A DNA stretch of 64,000 bases from Spirogloea muscicola. Its lineage: Eukaryota. The notes below the pieces were generated by a model. That model was given only the letters and a program-made list of their open reading frames with translations. It did no database searches and was not told the origin of the DNA. Every line of letters begins with the position of its first letter. Within the stretch, counting starts at the first letter, position 1. The stretch is from NCBI GenBank assembly GCA_009602725.1, contig WELB01000020.1:296705-360704 (forward strand), given 5' to 3'. The position numbers and the translations under genes are program-made. This document shows, in pieces, positions 63,479 to 64,000 of the stretch.

Positions 63479-64000
63479 TCAAGGGCGTCGCTGGCAGATT
63501 CTGCGGCACTTAGGATGCGCAGGCCTTCACTGCGCCCATAGAGTTAAGGATAGCCAAAGTCACTTCACAGAACCCATGTTTTTGTGTATGTATCCCTGCT
63601 GTGAAGCTTGAAGTGTGACTCAGAGATTGATGCTGTTCCGTGGACTATTACACGGGCTGAGCGCCAAGCAAGAACTGCCGGCTATCAGTGTCTGCAGTTT
63701 ACAGGCATCGTTCCAATGTGAATTGGAACCTCAGCATTCTCTTAGTAGTGCATCGCAGGGTCTCTGGGCGGCTTCACAGCATCAGGCTGAGCAACTTGCC
63801 ACAGAGATGCGGGCTTGCTTGACGACACCCATTAGCAGATATTGTCAGTATTATGTGGTGATCAGCAAAGGCTGTGATATTTACAAAGTTCTCTTTTACG
63901 ACTACTTGCTGCAACTGATACAAGTGCTGAATATCTGGATAAAGCACCTGACTAGCACACTGCACCTGTACAATAGCCGATTGATCACCAGCTACGGCTT

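Noticed and set aside
63774..63965. Possible terminal exon of a minus-strand gene
   Set aside because: A plausible acceptor exists, but no recognisable homology, and the rest would lie outside the window.

Overview
GC-rich, intron-rich eukaryotic genomic DNA with several N gaps. The gene set (PSB33, TL29/APX4, NARA5-like, plant-type STN1, Orai-like) and TTTAGGG-type repeats suggest a green plant, probably a streptophyte alga (inference). About 16 spliced genes were reconstructed by eye: a tandem pair of extensin/beta-helix genes, a hypothetical gene, MPDU1, APC6, PSB33, a pfkB kinase, RAB1, an inverted pair of secreted PstS-like phosphate-binding genes (one frameshifted), a GGDQSGG-repeat protein, a head-to-head pair of Orai-like channels, STN1, TL29 and a 3xCCCH protein. 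Intergenic 5' flanks are filled with 5'-truncated ends of RLE-type (CRE-like) non-LTR retrotransposons. Several diverged subfamilies end in L(T/S)R(G/N)Y*, and most share a GGGCTGG-loop-CAGCC(C) 3' hairpin. Most notable: (1) both Orai paralogs carry Q at the Ca2+-selectivity glutamate plus an N-terminal WRxED heptad array; (2) the promoter-clustered, stacked retroelement ends; (3) the palindromic, apparently homogenised PstS-like pair. Exon boundaries, alignments and counts were made by eye and are approximate.
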